64,000 nt of DNA from Laetmonice hystrix (lineage: Eukaryota), in contig OZ249445.1 of the NCBI GenBank assembly GCA_965235115.1, positions 18,352,001 to 18,416,000 of the forward strand, read 5' to 3'. Under the pieces are notes generated by a model. The model did not search any database. It saw only the letters and a program-made list of their open reading frames with translations, and had not been told where the DNA came from. Within the stretch, counting starts at the first letter, position 1. The number at the start of each line of letters is the position of its first letter. Below, piece after piece: positions 37,121-49,689 of the stretch. The position numbers and the translations under genes were made by a program.

Positions 37121-37573
37121 TCTGAGAAATTTGTTTTGAATTCGACTTTGAGGATGGGATGCACTATATTCCTCGCTATTTTGTCTGTCTTTCAAATAAC
37201 AGTTGTTTCAGCCATACCCGAGGACCCTCTTATCACATATGACATGCTGTATACCTCTGGCATTCAAGCGTACAACTCGAAGCGGTGGTTCGAATGTGGA
37301 TCGTTTCTACTGCGGGCGCTTGAAGATTACAAAAATTATCGAGAAGATTTGATAGCTTGTCGGCTAAAGTGTCGGACACAGAGCAAAACAGATATTGACA
37401 GCTCAAAACACATAGATTTAGCTTTCTATGACTTGTCGTTGAAACGTTCCAACTGCCTCAGGCGGTGCAAGAAAGCTGCGTTCGGTCATCGACCGGAGAT
37501 GGTGAATGAAAAAATCGACAGAGATTTCGAGAACCTGGAACCCTACAACTATTTGCAACTATGTGCCTACAAA
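37103..37573 (+). CDS. CRTAP/P3H: Leprecan family (prolyl 3-hydroxylase / CRTAP / SC65-like) gene, coding exon 1
   Basis: ORF MAALPK...MGCTIFLAILSVFQITVVSA (signal peptide) then YDMLYTSGIQAYNSKRW, ACRLKC and NCLRRC (CXXXC motifs) and EPYNYLQLCAYK, all typical of the CRTAP/P3H N-terminal domain. Ends in a phase-0 donor AAA|GTAAGT at 37574. The start could be ATG 37103 or ATG 37154. Confidence 0.93.
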
Positions 37574-38721
37574 GTAAGTTTAGTTAGTTAATATATCTGC
37601 GTTATAAATGGTACGTTTGTGTCATGAGCATGAAATTTGTAACTTTTGAAGTACAGACATCAGATGTGCATGCATTAAATTATGTTGTTTACCCACTGAC
37701 ATGTGTCACGCTGAATGCCACGACCTGGTGGCTGTTGACCCAGATAGTGTCACGATTGTTTGGGTGTCTATTTGCGTCTATTTTGGGGGTTCAGTAACTG
37801 AGTCAGTGCGAGAACCCAGTCTGAGCTATCACTTCATTTTATGTTTTTGATTCCATTTAGTATAGCCAAACTAGCGCAGGAAGCAAGCAAGGCCAAGGGG
37901 CTATACAGAGCAGTAATAGACTGTGTAGAGGACTTTACGTGGCACATAGTCCAGTGCATGGACTGGGTCACGTAGACCAGAGAGTTAAGATATTATTAGA
38001 GCATGTAAACTTTGCTGGGCCTGCTTTCTGGGCTTGGACGTCTTCTGATTGGTCCTTGTCCAGACCAGAGCTACTGTTGCGGTGAAAGTTGTCAGACAAG
38101 TTGAAGTTGGATTTAAAAACTGCCTACAATGCTTGTTTGTCATGCACAGTGATGCATAGCCATAGGGAATGTCTTGTTATGTCTTTGCCCGTTGAACTGG
38201 TAGACAGATGTGTAATGTGTTAGAAACACTTGTATATCGGCCAATGAAACACAAGATAATTTTGATCAATATTTCATATTGTTGCCGAATTATAGAACCC
38301 CCCTCAAAATTCCCCCTCCCAGAAAAAAAGGCGATATTTCATCTCGGCAAGTCAAAGTAAAAGAGATTTCATTTGAGGACTAAGAAAAGTGTGCCATGCC
38401 CCCATGCTCGGCCTCAAATTGTGTATATACAGTAGCAGGCGCCTGTACTGTGAATGTTTCCACACATTTCATTAAATATCTGGAAACAAGAGTTGCAGTA
38501 GAAGTTCAGATGGTTGCTTCTTTTGTGAAACCGGATCCCAGCTGATATAAAGAGAAGATGGGGATGGGGTAACTGATAGGCTACATGTAACATCTGGTAG
38601 TTACTCTGTCCTCATACTGCCAGGGTCAGTCAGAGCAAGGGTTAGGTGTAGAGGTGACCACGGCATATCTAGACAGATTGATGACCACTATATCTGATGG
38701 GATTAATAGACTTGAAGCATG

Positions 38722-39248
38722 CAGGGTGTCTGTGGATTTAGGGCTATATTGCTATATTTTCCCCATATTTTAGCAAAAAATCCTATATTTTTACCAAACT
38801 CAGGAGGATATTCTTCCTATACATGTATTTTACCTGAAAACTCCTATATTTCCTATATTTGTGGCATTATTTCCTATATTTTTTTTTAAATTGCCTAAGT
38901 TGTCATTTCCAAGTTCTTTCGATTAATTTAGATGGAATTTTTGATGGAACAGCTTGTATGGGGCAATATTTTAAGGTCGTATTCCACTATAATACCCATA
39001 ATCAGAGATGTGCCTGCCCAACACCGATTTTAGGAATTGTTATTAGGCCTATCATCTGAAAAAAATATTGCCCGCCACCCGCACCCCTTGCCAACTGAAA
39101 ACCTTGCGCGTTCGGTGCTCGTGCAAAACTACTATGCAGCACTGGGCGCATCCCTGCATAATTATATTGCAAAAATAAATTATGGGTTCCTACAGTTGAA
39201 AAATCATACCTATTTAAAAATAATCACAAAAAGTCTGGAGACACCCTG
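38722..39248. mobile_element. MITE, 527 bp, 10-bp TIR CAGGGTGTCT (hAT-like)
   Basis: CAGGGTGTCT at 38722 and AGACACCCTG ending at 39248, with internal CCTATATTT sub-terminal repeats. Its 3' end (aaaaagtctggagacaccctg) resembles that of the neighbouring MITE. No clean TSD. Confidence 0.7.
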
Positions 39249-39286
39249 GTAATGCTATTGGCTAACTACCTTTGATATTAGACCTA

Positions 39287-39618
39287 CAGGGTTCTCGCCA
39301 GAAATTTTCGACAGCGTAGTGGTTAAACTAAGGGCAGAGCCCTGGTTAGGGGTACAGGAGGGGCAAACCCCAAGCTCAGGTAATTTAGGCTATTTTAGAG
39401 CCTTATCTTACGGTCTAGATAGTCAGATAAGAAAGGTTTGTAAAACTGGACAGTAAACAAGTGACATTTTACCGGTATTCCTGTGGGTTCTGTTGAATTT
39501 AGACAGTTTTTGCCGCTACGCTGGTCAAGAGACAATGTAGCGGCCTCAAAGACAGTGTAGTGGCCTAAATACACAGCGTAGCGGCCCGCTACGCTGAAAA
39601 AGTCTGGCGAGAACGCTG
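39287..39618. mobile_element. MITE, 332 bp, CAG(G/C)G-type terminal inverted repeats (TIRs), 5-bp target-site duplication (TSD) ACCTA (hAT5-like)
   Basis: 5' end cagggttctcgccagaaattttcgacagcgtagtgg; reverse complement of the 3' end cagcgttctcgccagactttttcagcgtagcgg. ACCTA flanks both ends (39282-39286 and 39619-39623). Confidence 0.85.
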
Positions 39619-39687
39619 ACCTACAGTTTAAAAATAATAGCTGTCCAGAGATGTTCGCCGGAAATAAAAAATGGTTGACTTTTATGT

Positions 39688-40050
39688 AAGGGCGGAACGA
39701 TACATTTTCTTGCGATATGATTATACAGATATGTATTGTGATACAGAGGTCACGATATGATTCATGATACAACTCTTTTACACATAGTAAAGAAAGTATC
39801 CTTTGTTCATTTTTGTCTTTTAAACAAATGTTATACATGTAACTTGGAAGTAAATTCAGCAGTAGCTAGAGATATTCTTTTGTCATTTCTCTATCAAAAA
39901 GAATAACATGAACTCAAAATGTGATGCAGCTGATGTGATGCAGACCTGAGATATAATAGATCATGAACCACATGTTAAACCTTGATATTTTTGTTGATGA
40001 TACAATGATACGTATGCCTGTGTATTGCAATTTATATATCATGCCCCCTG
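39688..40050. mobile_element. Possible degenerate non-autonomous DNA transposon with GATAC/GATAT sub-terminal repeats
   Basis: Starts agggcggaacgatac and ends tatatcatgccccct (partial inverted match), with many gatac/gatat motifs near both ends. Confidence 0.4.
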
Positions 40051-40399
40051 AATCGGTGATGCACCAATTCTACAGTGAATTGTTCTAACCCTTCTGCCAT
40101 GTGACAGCAAGGTTTGGCATACATTCAAATTTGATATTATGTATGCAGACACAGCAGTTTCTTGGATGTATGGTTAATGCAAAATAAGAATAGTATTTTT
40201 CATTTATTAAAAGCCAAAGAAAAAGTTCCCATTGACGAGTACATTTTATTTTGGTCATCTGTGGGTTAACTGCCTGTAAATTGTTTGTTCCGAAGAATTT
40301 TGGAAAAGATCTGATGGGACAGGGAGGAAATTTTGTTGGGGTTCAAAATTTTTCCCTGCTGAAAGAGATGCATGAAAGATCGAAATGGCAGTCATCTAG

Positions 40400-40527
40400 G
40401 GGCAGGTTCACACTGAGGATTTCCCTCAGGTAATCCCCGGGTCAGTGGTAGTGAGCTGTATGTGAAGATACCAGCTGACCCCAAATGATCCAGGTACCCC
40501 GGGAAAATCCTCAGTGTAAACCTGTCC
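40400..40527. mobile_element. 128-bp MITE with 3-bp TSD (PIF/Harbinger-like)
   Basis: TIRs gggcaggttcacactgaggattt / aaatcctcagtgtaaacctgtcc (2 mismatches), flanked by TAG on both sides (40397-40399 and 40528-40530). Confidence 0.8.
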
Positions 40528-40674
40528 TAGTTGTCCGCGAGTGTGTGAAACCATGCCTGAAAAAAAATCGAAAATGGAAGACATAATTAAAATATTACCC
40601 CCACAAGGTTTGGCCAGATTCTTCGGAATAAATAAATTTTTAAGTTTGGCTTAATTTCACTTTCTGTTTGACAG

Positions 40675-40827
40675 ACGGGATTGTTTGAGCATGCAGTGTC
40701 AGCAGCCTTCACCTACCTTCATGCTCATCCTGATCATGAGATGATGAGAAACAACATGGTCTACTACAGGAGCATGTCAGAGGCCAAGCCCGAGTTCTTT
40801 AAAGATCTTGAGGCCAGGCAATACCAG
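40675..40827 (+). CDS. CRTAP/P3H: Leprecan family gene, coding exon 2
   Basis: Acceptor tttctgtttgacag| and donor CAG|gtaggc; 153 nt, phase 0/0. Encodes TGLFEHAVSAAFTYLHAHPDHEMMRNNMVYYRSMSEAKPEFFKDLEARQYQ, matching the family pattern AxxAAxTF...P.H..M..N..YY...DLEA. Confidence 0.93.
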
Positions 40828-41949
40828 GTAGGCTTTATACGTCACTTAATCTTGGTGTAATATGTCTAGTGATATTTATTTGATTCTATAAAATTATTGC
40901 ATAGAATCTATGATAATATTGATATAAATCTGTCATATAAATTGTATGCTGGCATGTTTCACAGGTAAAAAAATTAAAATGTCTCCAGTACTGGTGAAAA
41001 ATGTTTTGCCATAAATGTTGAAATAGAATATGTACGTGTCATGCTTTTATTTCAAGTCTTACGTTAGGAAGTTTTAGCTCCAACCCTGAAATATTGGAAC
41101 TCAGTCTTTGTGTAAATTGGATGATTTATAATATCATTCCCATTGTATCGCCGGTGGCTTTCATTTGAGCAGTCACTGTCTTACTCTGAGAGGTACTACA
41201 ATAAAAATGACAGAAAGCAATCATAGAATGCACTTCACCTGAAGTTTGTACACTTTGACTGCTATATGTGACTAGAAGATGATCAATGAGCCTGGTTGGT
41301 ATGTCTATGACAGTAAGCAGACCCCTGAGATTTTTCTGGATGATGTGTCCATGTCCAAGATAAAACGAGAATTTAACTTCCTTTTTTCATAATGTAAGTA
41401 AGTTCACTACATCTATACTAAACCTTTTCAAGAAAGTTAAATCTCCTATGTTTAGACTGTATTACTAGTTTGATGGGATGCTTTATTTTATAGTGGTTGT
41501 GCCCCAAAAGTTCTTTCTTTTCTTTTGTTAGTCTTCTGAAGATTCATTTCGCATGATAGATTTGAATAGTGCAACTTCCGGGATTGCGAAATTTTGTTGA
41601 GTTGGAGTAAATTTATGAGAAATCAATGTTGCAAAGTTAACAAGTCGAAAGTAATGCAATTAAAGACAAAACCGTACCAAGGTTTTAGATCAGTTGCCAT
41701 GGTAGTCCTGCAACCAAGAGGAATAATTTTACCAGTAGTAACTTTTTCATTGGTTGTGTTTATGTTCCCTTTCCTTCTATTAGTTGATTTGTGATTAAAA
41801 TTTAATAGAGAGTCAGGGTTTTATAATGTGAACTTTACTTTGATGAATATCGCCCCACAGTCATAACATTTTAGAGGTAACCTGGTACAATTAACCTTCA
41901 TGAAACCATAAGACGTTGGTTTTTAAGGGTACTTTTTCTGAATTGAATT

Positions 41950-44900
41950 GGCATCAGGTGGAAAGTGATTTTGTCTATTAATACTTGAGCCTGTCAATCA
42001 CTACCTTTCCTCGCTCCAGACGCAGATCTTACCTCTATTATTATTACATTGAACATTAAACGATGGGTGACCAGGTGAAACGATATCTATGTAGAGAAAC
42101 CTGCTGTAGCTGACAGTGGGCTCAGTTTACAGGGGGTAGCCTGGGATGATGACATGCAGTCTTAGATGATGTGTTCACTTGTGTGAGTCCGGTAACAAGT
42201 AGATAGAGACGTGAACATTGATCAAGTTGATGAGTAGCCTCGAGCAGTAATTGAATCATCTGCCAAGGAGATCACAACAATGATGTTGTCATGGGATTAA
42301 CGTATCTACATGGGTCCCTCGCGGCCCTAGTTCTGAGAGAGGGTTTGGGGGGTGGGGGGAGTTCCCCCTTGTTGTGTGACCCAGGAATGTATGAGGGCCA
42401 TGACCTGAGGGACAGACTGGTACCCTGTGCATTAATCAGTCGTGATTAATCTGATGAGGTGGCCAGCGACGACCAGTAATGGAGACATAAACACGAAGGG
42501 TCGACAGTTATGTGTGATGAGAAAGATGACGGATGGTAAAGAGGCGGCATGTTTCACGTTGTGTAATGGAGAAGGAGTCTTCTAAAGTCCGGGTTATCGT
42601 CATATACGGTATTAGGGCTTTTCACTAAGATTTAGATTTGATCTCGGAGAGTAAGCCTATGATCTTCCTCTTAATTCAGCTACCTTTCGGTGTATTGAAA
42701 TCGAAGTAATGGGTCCGTACTTGTGTATTCCGTAAACCCTGCTAGACTTTCTTGCCTCGGTGGCTGGGGAAGGCTAAATTAATATGATTTTATTCCACCT
42801 GTACAAAATTTCGATTTTAACTAAGGACATGCATGTTTCAGTCAGTGTAAATGGAGTGTGCTAAAAACAATTCTAGAAAAAGTACTAGTTTTACAGAGAT
42901 GTTGAGTCTTGAATCAAAAACAGCTTTTCATAAGAGGACTTCCAAAAACGAGTAGCAGACGTGCAGATGTGTCCTTCACATTGATGTAACATAAAACGGG
43001 ATGAATCAACCGGTAGTCAAGAGAAGCAAACTGTGGTATGTGAAACATTTAGAAGTTCAGGACTTGTCTGCCACTAAGGTAAAGGTTAGGTCCACAGCGC
43101 TACGGGTGGCTCTCGTTGAAGGTTGGAGTTTGTAGGAGGCCAAGCCAAATAACATGATAATACAGGTTTTGACTGAGACTATGGCATGATGGCTAGGTAA
43201 CGCACGTGTTGAGACCGCCTGATACCATGTGGTATGACTGCTAGATGTATCATACATGGGATTATATCTAGATAGTCTAGGTATGACTGCCATCCATACC
43301 AGTAATGATATCATGGTAAGCCACTCAAGTACTATGTTTTGTTGGATGACACCTGGAGAGATCACATTTGATTGATGGTTAGATTACATCAGATACAGAG
43401 CAGCTTCATGAAGTTATGCCTGCTCTACTGACAAAATCAATGACTTAACCCCCCCCCCCCCCCCCCCCCGGTCATGGCACTGCCTCCATTTTCATGCTGG
43501 ATCATTATAAAACATAGGACTCAAACTTCAGTTGTTCGTTGTGGGATTGGGGCCAGGAACTGAGGAAGCAAGAATTTTGTATTTTTTCAATTTTATTTTT
43601 CACTGTCCGTTCAGATTAGAAAAGACAGTAAAACATTCCCTTGTTTGGACATTGTCCAGGGAGGGGAAGGTTGCTCAGGAGGATGAAATATTAGCAACTC
43701 CCCCCAGGGATCGAACTGCAGACCCTCAAGGAGGCAGGAAACCGAAGGTGATCACACAAGGTAGAGACTGGACTCCGTCACTGTCTCAAGGCCCCGACTC
43801 GGGCCACTCAATACACCGGATCACTGGTTTCTTGACGCTGCATTTAGTTTTAAATGGAAACGATTCCTTCATATTCCACCCGAAATCAGTGCCAATGGTA
43901 GCTGGATTGAACTGAGTGTTCAGCAAAGACATATATTTCATTGATGTCAAAGTAGGCAGTCCTGCATAAGACATCACCTTGAGGAGGCTGTGTGTTCCCC
44001 AGGTGATGTGCCCTTGGTTGGGTCACCGCAGGGCTCACCGATTGGTTGATAGAGGAACTCTGGGCGACAACAGAGCACTTGAGTCATTGCGAATCTCTTC
44101 AATGATTGAATCGTCACGAATGAATTATTGATGACTGTTGTCATTGGATTATTGGGATTGGGAATGTCTAACTTAATGAAAACCGAATGAGCATTAACAG
44201 CGCCGGTCGGCCACCTGAAGTTGGAATTCATACCGGTTTCAACCATTTATTGCAGAGTGATGTTAGCGGGGATTTGTAGCTACAAGTTTATTGTGTGAAA
44301 CTTTCCCAGCCTCTGTTCGTTCGTTCGTTCATATACAAAACCGTATTCAGTGAGGGCGCCTGGGTGATGGAGTAGGGATTTCACCATGAAGTGTTTTACA
44401 ATGGACACCAGTCAGTGGATAGTGCACACAGGTACCGTGCCTGTACAGATTCTTTGACTGTGGACTGGGCTGATAGTAAAACGCGTTTATTTAATCATGA
44501 TTATAACCCGTCAAGTGTTAATACGTTTATTGTCATGCGATAATTCAAAGACATCGTCAGATTACATGTAACCTGGGTAACGTAGGTATACAATGTATGT
44601 ACTCATCTAGAAGTAGTTTTTTTTTCTTACTTACCTTTGCCTGACAGTGTTCCTCTTTTCTAGGAGCATTCAATCATGTGGCATAATATTTATATGTTTC
44701 AGTGTTAAATCTTCTATTAACAGTGACATAAATGACATAATGACTGAGCCGACAAGTCATGTCCGGTAATGTATGATAAAGATACCGAATAATAAACGAT
44801 AGTTCATGATACTGGGTTTTAATTCATTTCCTATTAATTATGAAAGTTTATCGCAGAACCTGTTTGAGGAATTGGTAAATGATGGTGAAGTTAAAAGACG

Positions 44901-47900
44901 GTGATCTACATGTCTGCTGGGGAAGGACACTAGGCCGGCACTACGTGAGTACAGTAGGTACAGTGATAGAGACAGATATATAAATAAACCATCAATACCA
45001 GTCCCTAGTGTTGAGGCCCATATTTCAATCTGACACACTCACTCAGCCCACGCCAACACTCGGGTTTGACTGCTGCAAAGAACCGCAAATTAGGGTCTAA
45101 ATAATGAATGCGTGTTTGGCCACTGAGCATAAAAGCTTTGGAATAGTTATATTGGATGGATGGGAAAATATGAATTATGCCCTCATTCTACCTGCATGTT
45201 TTTGGAGGGGGGGGGGCGACTGCTCAGCTGGAGGCATTTTTGAATGTGTGTACGGGGAGCTGTGTTCCTGCACGCCCACCACATACACTGGAGTACACAC
45301 CGCAGACCACGTGCAATTGGCATGGTTTTTTTGTTTTATTATCCGGGGCCCTAATTCTGTTCCATTGTCATCAAATGATCACCGAGCCAGCACAGCAAAT
45401 GTAATTTGCAGTGCCCGAAGACAAAAGCCAGGTTTGATACGATTGGCCAACGCGATTGCTGAGTCGAAATGAGATTTCATTGGCGGATGATGAGGCAGGC
45501 CTCACGGTGTCTGTCGTTCAGATGTATGATCAGGCACAATTTGCTTTGATCTGGGGTAAATTGGACCGTATAATCAGGGTTCTGTGTGTAGGGGTAGAGG
45601 GGGGAGGGGCCTGACCCGGTGGTGGTGGGATAACCCTAATACGTCACAACACCAGGGATAACCAGCGTATAAATGGCCTCTACTGTGGTGGGGCCAACCA
45701 ACCAACGGATTACGCCCATGTACGCCCCCCCCCCCTGAAATCTGGGTGGGTGGGGGGAGGGGGGCACATGGGTTTTATAAGCTCCGTCAAATAATGCGAT
45801 CACTAAGCGAGCATGGGCATCATAAGACATCCGCGTCAACGAAGGGAAACAGCAACAAGAGAAAGATGGATTGTTTAATCCTTGTGTTAACTTATGCTGG
45901 CTGTGGCTGTCAGATTGAAACTTAGAGAGAGAAACAAACAAACAGAACACGTCATCATTGACTTTCTGGATGTAGATGGAATCTTGCACGGATTTCGTCT
46001 GCTCAACACTGCTAGACCGTTGATGACTAATCAAAATGTGACACATGAAGGTGTAGAATCGGGTAGGCCCTATACGGCGGTGGTCTCAGTGATCCTAGTT
46101 AGAGACATTGACCTCTGAGGTAACCCCCCCCCCCCCCACCTTCACCCAGCCCGCCCGCCACAATCCAGTATGGTTATGTGTGTGTAGAGCGTCCAAATCC
46201 CGATTACCATGGAGACAAATTGACAGTGGCAGTCTCCACCGGTCCATTATCTCCCGGGAGGAGGCTGCAGGGAGATCAGGGTCTGGATTAAAACATCTAC
46301 AAGGAACCATCACCAATAGGACAATGTACAGATTATCTCTCTATGGGGAAACCCCCAACCCCCATCCCTGCCCCCACCGTGATAAGTAAGGTCACCGAGT
46401 CTAAATCTAACGTTAATCCCTCCAGGGCCGGGGGATGGCAGGTATGCACTGTTTGCAGAGAGCGACAAGACCTCAGGGCCTGAGTGGAAGTTAAAGAAAA
46501 ATAGTTTAAAGAATTAAATGTCATATACCCAGGCACAGCAGGCAGCATTATACGATATTGTGTATGATTTGAATTCCAATTCTCCGGAGCAATGTCATGT
46601 AAAGCTGTGCGAAGCCTGCTCTGGGGGTATTTTATTTGCTCTGCTGGCAAAGACTTGGGCGTCTTTTTGACATGTGCTCCACCACCGATAGTATTGAGAG
46701 TGGGGTAGTGAGGGGTTGAGCAGGGTGTAGGATTGGGGTTAGGGTTCGGGAAGGTTGGGGTAACCCGAACCTTATTGCTGTCCAGATTAGTACATGTGGT
46801 AGGTATACGCTGCCGTATAAATGTAAGCACATCTGGCTGTAGCTGATTATCGGCAAGGGTTAGCACTTGGTGGGGAAGGCGTAAAGAGCTAAACCAGGCC
46901 CACTATACCGACTGGACGCTCGACTCCTGTACATAGACATGAGAAGGCTCTCAATGATACCTATCTGAAATATTTAACATTCTCCTTTTCCTATTATGGA
47001 TTTTGTGGATGGTCCTCTTTGGATGCAACTGAGATGTACTCTTGTTCAAGTGTATTCGTCCTAAGTGTGACCAACCCGGTGTGACCCAGGGAAATTTGTA
47101 TAGAAATAATGGAGCTGGTATTCAGTGCTATTATAATCAGGTACCCGGCTTTGTAAATCCATGTCTTTCCATGCCAGTAATAACGTTGATGCGTTATAAG
47201 ACTAAGTTGTGGCAGTATTCTGACAGAAACACTTAGAGATAGGATCTATTCATCACGCATGTTGAATGTCATAGACACAGCTAGTCAGCCATTCAAATCA
47301 AATCATGACACTAGCCTCGGCATTCCATTTGATCGAAGCTCTGGAAGAAGTTTTTGTTATCTCCGCTGTGCTTATTTAATTATCTGGATTTCTGATGAAA
47401 TTCACAGCATGGAATAGAATACCTCAAAGGTTTCGACTCCAGTATACGGCCCCTCCGATTGGATGATCAGGTACATTTACGTCGCTGTTGTAAATGTAGG
47501 TCAGGTCACACACTAGAACACGTTATTATCATGAAAGCTTTCTCATCTCTTTTTTCGCCGATATAAGAGAAGAGGCAAATGCAGATGTATTTGTGTTAAT
47601 TGATGCAGTCCCAGGTGAGCCTACATTATCTAGATGTTGCCTCGAGGCAGTTTCAGCAACATGCACAACGTCGCTTATTTATAATATCAGTTTGAAACCA
47701 CAAAAGATCATCCTCTATGTTAAAAACTAAATGGGTCTCTAGGTTGTTTTTGTCATCTCGATTTACTATTGCAGAACGACATTCCTTAAGAATGTTGAGG
47801 TTCCATATTCTTTCAAATATATGTATCCCAGCTAATGCAAGGAATTTGTCCGTTTCACAATGGCGAGTGTGTGCCCAATGCCCGAATTATCAGACTTCAC

Positions 47901-48650
47901 ATTCCAACCTAAGGTAACATCTGATATCTGGAAAAATGACATAGGAAATATCGAGCTACATTAATACAGTCTTAATAGCTGGGGATAACGGTGGACAGGA
48001 TATAAATGTCTGCATTGTCATTAATTGGAAGATGTTGGAATAACGGTGGTTCTTCTACAAATTTGGATAATGTATGGAGATATAAAAGATGTAGATTTAG
48101 TAATAAATTTCTGAGGTTATTGAGTGCAAAGATTTCAAGACTGCAGACCCCATCTCAAACTAACATGTTGTCCCCTGACAAGTTGATTACTTTATGATTA
48201 CTTTGACACGGTATTGAATGTATTGAGTCAAGTTAATTTCGGAGATACATGTATAGGGAATCAGCTTCAGGTCCTGAGGTCCAAGTCAGCCTGGGTCATG
48301 AGGTGGACATCTCTCGATCAGATAGAAGTAGTTATTCTGTGTTGTGTGGGCAGACCGGCGGGCTGGTGATCGGGTCTCCTGTATATTTGGGTTGGGTGAA
48401 TGAGATCACTGTGTCTGTCACTGCACACCCTCAGCCAGTCTCCGGGTGTCGCCCTCTCTATCAACCCAACCCCTAACCCGGGGTGTATCCTAGCACCCCA
48501 GTGGGTGTCTAGACTGGTAGGGCTGCTGACTTCATGGAGCCTGGTTCAGATGTAGGTCACCACTCCGTCACCGACACCCTCCAACGTCTGATCCTTCCTT
48601 ACACAAACTGATTCCAATACGGTCAACGCATATCAAGGGGATTTTTGCAA
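41950..48650 (-). mobile_element. Decayed CR1/L2-type LINE ORF2 relic with nested insertions, antisense in leprecan intron 2
   Basis: Minus-strand order: GDGVVTYI*TRL (about 48560), QIYRRPD (about 48380), LRTALHDIAP and PAVPGY (46630-46520), ETG...LDIPNPNN (about 44200), LLKVM (about 43980), P*GSAV (about 43725), WMAVIPRLSRYNP (about 43270) and LLVTG (about 42195). Confidence 0.65.
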
Positions 48651-49689
48651 GCAAACGGATTAGTGTTTAGTAGCTATATGGATTAGCATTTTATTCGTGG
48701 AAAGCCTCAGAATTCATCCAAGACTGGAATTACCTGACTGGGGTCATTCCCAAAGAGGTCACGGAAAGGTCAACGATATTGATATTTTGTAGCTAATTTA
48801 ATACTTTTTACATGAAAAACTTCGTTATTGAGTTCATGAATAATCTGGAATTTGTCATTTATGATATGAGCCACTGATCGCAATAAAACCCCGGAATACA
48901 TACTAATAGTGAAATAAAATAAAACATTTACGTAAAAGTTTATATGGGTGTGTCTGTATTTGTAGTGAACATGGCCTGATAGTGAAACTATGGTATAATG
49001 TGATGCTGCTGTCGTGACAACACAGTGTTTAACAGACCCGTACCAAAAAACAATGTTGTAAACATTTAAAAAAAAACCTGCGGCATGTGAAATGTTATTG
49101 GCACACCTGCCCTCATCATGCGAGGGTCATCAGGTGACGCCTGCTGCTAGATTGTACTCTGTGGCTGGTAGGGATATTCAGGGACTAACTTTCAATCATT
49201 CTAACAACGACTAAAAAAGCCACACCTCAGTTATAGCAAAGAGACTGAGAAAGCCTACTTTTATTTAAAATAATGGTATTTTATTTGTTGTATGTCATAA
49301 AGATAAAATTCCTTCGTTGGGATCTTTAGTACAAGCCTTCCTTTGATCCTAAGTCAGTATATTTGTTATCTATCACTCATACCTTGCCCTTTATTGGGAC
49401 TTATATTGTCTCAGGTATCTAAATCCTTTATAGATGGGGATACGTTATTACAAAGTTTATTTATTGAGTATAATAACATGTCATCATTATTGAGCTAAAT
49501 CTCGAATAGACAACAAACCATCCTTGATGGTCGTAGTTGTAAAGATGATTGTAGGTGTTGTGATTAAACCTAATGAAGAGTAGATTTAAAACGTCCAACC
49601 CGTTCAGATATTTATGAACGTTTTTATATTTCCGGTCATAAGACGACAGAACAAAAATCAAACACTCTTGAGGAGTCCTAAATGTGATA

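Noticed and set aside
37076-37591. ORF-track protein with a TTG start and VSLVS tail
   Set aside because: The tail is read-through into intron 1 (donor at 37574), and a TTG start is unlikely in this eukaryotic gene.
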